DNA of 62,086 nt, counting the filler, from an uncultured Thermoplasmatales archaeon (GTDB lineage Archaea; Thermoplasmatota; E2; DHVEG-1): assembly GCA_964517155.1 (NCBI GenBank). It is 6 parts of 6 records of this genome, joined end to end, with 100 filler letters (N's around TTAATTAATTAA, not from the genome) between each part and the next. Parts side by side here need not be neighbours in the genome. Positions count along the whole stretch, not along the records: positions 58,036 to 62,086 come from CAZFAZ010000017.1; 5 more parts are not named here. One strand, 5' to 3'. The translations under genes were made by a program, and so were the position numbers. The notes under the pieces are model-generated. The model worked only from the letters and a program-made list of their open reading frames with translations, did not search any database and was not told where the DNA came from. Numbering within the stretch: the first letter of the stretch is position 1; the number at the start of each line of letters is the position of its first letter. Positions 59,272 through 62,086 of this stretch are shown here, one piece after another.

Positions 59272-59282
59272 AAAAAAGTTAA
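59251..59282 (+). repeat. 32-bp direct repeat, copy 1 (3' end of ugd)
   Basis: TATGAAGGTGTGTGTTGGTAGAAAAAAGTTAA; 29/32 identical to 60991-61022. Confidence 0.85.
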
Positions 59283-59601
59283 AGGCTTTTTAAGTTTATA
59301 ATTTTGAATTTATTTTAAAAATAATGGTAAAATTTATAACTTTTGTTGGTCATTGATATACCTCTTTTTCACTCAAATTAATTTTGGATTTTTATCTTAA
59401 CTTTATCTTTTAGAATTATATGCTTTTGTTTTACGTTAAGACAAAAAAAAACAGTTTCCGAGGGTAAATTGAAAACATTAAAAATTGTTTAATTTTATGG
59501 GGATGTATGTACATTAAGTCTTTTATATTAGAGTTATTTAACTATTTTTAGTCTAATATAACAGATATATTTATAAACAATTAGTATATTTACACTAATC
59601 A

Positions 59602-60963
59602 ATGATTAAAGACCTAAAGACGATTTTGAATTTGAAAAATCCTTGGTGGCAATCAAAAACAGCAATACCTGACATTCCTAAAACTGAAAGAGGTATCGTT
59701 GAAGACTTGCAAAAAATTTCTACAAATGAAGCAATGGTTTTGATAGGCCCTCGTCAATCTGGTAAAACAACAGCTATGTTACAAACAATAAAACATCTTC
59801 TAGAATCAATTGACCCTTTTAATATTACATATGCTCCAATGGATCTACTCAAAGATGCATCCATTAATGACATCATAACGACTCATCAAGAACTTACTGG
59901 AAAAACAAAAAAGAACTATTATTTTTTTGATGAAGTTCATTTTGATAAAAATTGGTCGGTTAACCTAAAAACCCTTATAGATAATAAAGATAAAAATTAT
60001 TATTATGCTACTGGCTCATCATCTACACTTTTGTTAAAAGACTCAACAGAATCAGGATTAGGTCGTTTTATATTCAAATCTATTTTTCCTTTGTCTTTTA
60101 AAGAATATTCTACATTTTTAGGAAATAAACCAAAACTTAATTTTACCTTTGATGAAACAATATATAAAACTATAAAAAATGAGATGCTTTTAATATCTGA
60201 ACAGCAAAAATTAGAACCAATATTTCAAAAATATCTCTTATGGGGTGGTTTTCCCCTGCAATTATCTCAAAGATATGACATACATTCTTGGCACAACACT
60301 CTAAGACAGAATTATGTTAGTTTAACTATCTATAAAGATATATTATCTAGATATGAAATTAGAGATCCAAGCATTTTAGAAGATATGATTTATCTTGTAG
60401 CAGAAAAGACCACTCTTCCCTTGAGTTATGATTCCATAGCTAAATCATTTCATCTTACTCTTGAAACCGCAAGAACGTATCTAAATTATCTAGAAGCGGC
60501 AGGTTTACTTATCACTTGTGAATATTTTACTAAAAATATACTTAAAAAAGCACGTCGAAATAAAAAATTTTATCTGATAGATCCTGGTTTTAACACAGCT
60601 CTTAATTATGAGACCACACTTAGCGACAGTCTTGCTTCAAAGAATGTGGAAACAGCTGTTTCAATATGTCTAATAAGGCATCTAAAAAAGCAAACAGGTC
60701 TTCTTAACCCACGTTTATTTTATTGGAAAGATGCGTACGAGGTGGATTTTGTAATAGAGCGCGCAGGAAAAATTGTTGCCATCGAAGTAAAATATAAAAA
60801 TGAATTAAAAGATAAAGATTTACAGGGAATCTTAAAGTTTTTAGATTTATTTAACTTAAAAAAAGGCATCGTCGTAACAAAAAATACTATAGAAATGCGA
60901 CAGATAAAAGATAAAACATTATTTCTTATTCCAGCTCCACTTTTCTTATCAGCTATAGAATAA
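59602..60963 (+). CDS. AAA_14 ATPase with DUF4143 PD-(D/E)XK domain (COG1373)
   Basis: NPWW, GPRQSGKTT, FFDEV, TGSS, GGFP, KFYLIDPG, YW...EVDFV...IEVK. Confidence 0.92.
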   Translation: MIKDLKTILNLKNPWWQSKTAIPDIPKTERGIVEDLQKISTNEAMVLIGPRQSGKTTAMLQTIKHLLESIDPFNITYAPMDLLKDASINDIITTHQELTGKTKKNYYFFDEVHFDKNWSVNLKTLIDNKDKNYYYATGSSSTLLLKDSTESGLGRFIFKSIFPLSFKEYSTFLGNKPKLNFTFDETIYKTIKNEMLLISEQQKLEPIFQKYLLWGGFPLQLSQRYDIHSWHNTLRQNYVSLTIYKDILSRYEIRDPSILEDMIYLVAEKTTLPLSYDSIAKSFHLTLETARTYLNYLEAAGLLITCEYFTKNILKKARRNKKFYLIDPGFNTALNYETTLSDSLASKNVETAVSICLIRHLKKQTGLLNPRLFYWKDAYEVDFVIERAGKIVAIEVKYKNELKDKDLQGILKFLDLFNLKKGIVVTKNTIEMRQIKDKTLFLIPAPLFLSAIE

Positions 60964-60990
60964 CAGCATTTTTTTCTAATAATAAAAATG

Positions 60991-61022
60991 TATGAAGGAG
61001 TTTGCTGGTAGAAAAAAGTTAA
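60991..61022 (+). repeat. 32-bp direct repeat, copy 2 (displaced ugd 3' end)
   Basis: TATGAAGGAGTTTGCTGGTAGAAAAAAGTTAA, still encoding YEGVCW*. Confidence 0.85.
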
Positions 61023-61103
61023 TCCATAAAGAGATAGTTAATGTCTATTTTTTAATGTTCTCGTTACTTGTTTTTTGTTGTGATTTTACTACGGCCACAT
61101 ATT

Positions 61104-61487
61104 TTAATCAAATAATGTTAGTTGTTTTATCTTTTGAAAATGTTTTTTGTTAAAAGTATAGATTTTTGCTTTTCTGTTTAGTGCAATTGCAGCAATCATT
61201 GTATCGGTTCTTGTAATTAGTTCTCCTTTTTTATCAAAATCATATTCTATTTTTGCTGAGAGCTCTGAATCATTTTTATTAAATTCTATTGTGTTTATTT
61301 GAAGTATATCTTTTACTTTTTTATTATGTTTGTAATGGCCGAATAATATTTCATGAAGAGTGATAGAAGTTATTGCAATATCTTCACCTGAGCTTTCAAG
61401 TTTTTTTAAAGCAAGGTTTCCTTTTTCTGAGTTTTTATCAAAAATTTCAATGAGGACATCTGTATCAACTATTATCATTTTTATCAC
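61104..61487 (-). CDS. vapC: VapC PIN-domain toxin
   Basis: IVDTDVLI, TLHEIL.G, D.MIAAIA, T.N.KHF. Confidence 0.92.
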   Translation of the reverse strand: MIKMIIVDTDVLIEIFDKNSEKGNLALKKLESSGEDIAITSITLHEILFGHYKHNKKVKDILQINTIEFNKNDSELSAKIEYDFDKKGELITRTDTMIAAIALNRKAKIYTFNKKHFQKIKQLTLFD

Positions 61488-61696
61488 CCGTATCTTTTTT
61501 CTTTTCTTTTATCATAGATTTCTTTTAACATTTCTTGCTTATTTTCGTAAGTGTTGCATCCGCGCATTTTCTTTAGTACTTCCAGGTTTGAATTGCTTAA
61601 TCTTTCAAATAGGTCGCTGAAGCTTTCATCTTTTCTTTTCATTAATAATAATTTTTTGTATATACTTTCTTTTATTGTCAAGGTTTTAAATGCCAT
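61484..61696 (-). CDS. vapB: VapB-type antitoxin (COG1753/DUF217-like)
   Basis: KTLTIKESIYKKL...KRKDESFSDLFERL; overlaps the vapC start. Confidence 0.88.
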   Translation of the reverse strand: MAFKTLTIKESIYKKLLLMKRKDESFSDLFERLSNSNLEVLKKMRGCNTYENKQEMLKEIYDKRKEKRYG

Positions 61697-61705
61697 AATT
61701 ATGTT

Positions 61706-61719
61706 TATGTTTAAACATA
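61706..61719. promoter_or_regulatory. Palindromic operator upstream of vapBC
   Basis: Perfect 14-bp palindrome TATGTTTAAACATA 10 bp upstream of the vapB ATG. Confidence 0.5.
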
Positions 61720-61803
61720 TATTTAATATTTTTGTAAAAAAATTACAATTCAGCTATTCTAATCACATGGCAAGAACTCAAAGGCAAGAAAAAGTTTTCC
61801 CAT

Positions 61804-61900
61804 ATGAATGCTTTGATTTTTAAAGGAGGAACACCCCTTACAAGAAACTATTTACTGTATCCTCGGATTAGTAAGGATCTGTTTTTACTTATGAGGATTC
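61804..61900 (+). pseudogene. Decayed AbiEii-family nucleotidyltransferase remnant
   Basis: LIFKGGTPLTRNYF then, after frameshifts, YPRISKDL and FTY, resembling FKGGT..RFSEDLDF. Confidence 0.45.
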
Positions 61901-61947
61901 ACAACATTTTAGAGCTATAGATAACAAAACAATCAAAGATAATAGAT

Positions 61948-62086
61948 TTACTTGATTATCTTCCAATAACCCCCTTTTGCAGGACCAACTCTCTTAAGCA
62001 ATCTTTTTTCTTTTAATTTAGCGATATTCTTTTCTACAGCAGTGGTGGACAAATCAAGTAATTTAGAAAGCTTAGAAATAGTTACA
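61948..62086 (-). CDS. C-terminal winged-HTH of a gene running off the window (tail typical of Fic or AlbA/RecG-C proteins)
   Basis: VTISKLSKLLDLSTTAVEKNIAKLKEKRLLKRVGPAKGGYWKIIK*. Confidence 0.7.
   Translation of the reverse strand, partial: VTISKLSKLLDLSTTAVEKNIAKLKEKRLLKRVGPAKGGYWKIIK

Overview
AT-rich archaeal DNA, most consistent with Thermoplasmatota (possibly a marine benthic group D / Thermoprofundales-type lineage; this is inference from gene content). The window is six contigs joined by five artificial 100-bp N/TTAATTAATTAA/N linkers, so adjacency across linkers means nothing. Contig 1 (1-15845): SAMP/MoaD, tRNA-Ser, nth, the archaellum activator EarA, surface proteins and an archaellum locus in which four archaellins converge on flaC-D/E-F-G-H-I-I-J, with two tandem FlaI ATPases. 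Contig 2 (15946-19525): a chimeric remnant, a motif-dense non-coding region and a flippase. Contig 3 (19626-40458): a 34-bp tandem array, a Zn-ribbon/HTH/PD-(D/E)XK nuclease, two giant secreted modular proteins (one a zinc metalloprotease), flaK, dnaJ, hsp20, a tRNA-Val islet, trm56/HD and tRNA-Leu. Contig 4: valS, a CcdA-like protein, a regulator and eIF6. Contig 5: a COG1672 ATPase, tRNA-Phe with RelBE, smc-scpA-scpB, RPA and mtrH-methionine synthase-DUF4346. Contig 6: ugd, an AAA/DUF4143 ATPase, vapBC and remnants. Best leads: (1) a candidate ~100-nt ncRNA displaying anti-Shine-Dalgarno motifs at 55347-55460; (2) the duplicated FlaI motor; (3) a 12-bp-phased TGCATA array shared by the archaellin promoter and an orphan gene upstream of smc; (4) the nuclease with its repeat array; (5) several integrase-free islets bounded by duplicated target-gene 3' ends. 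All family calls come from motif recognition, not database searches.
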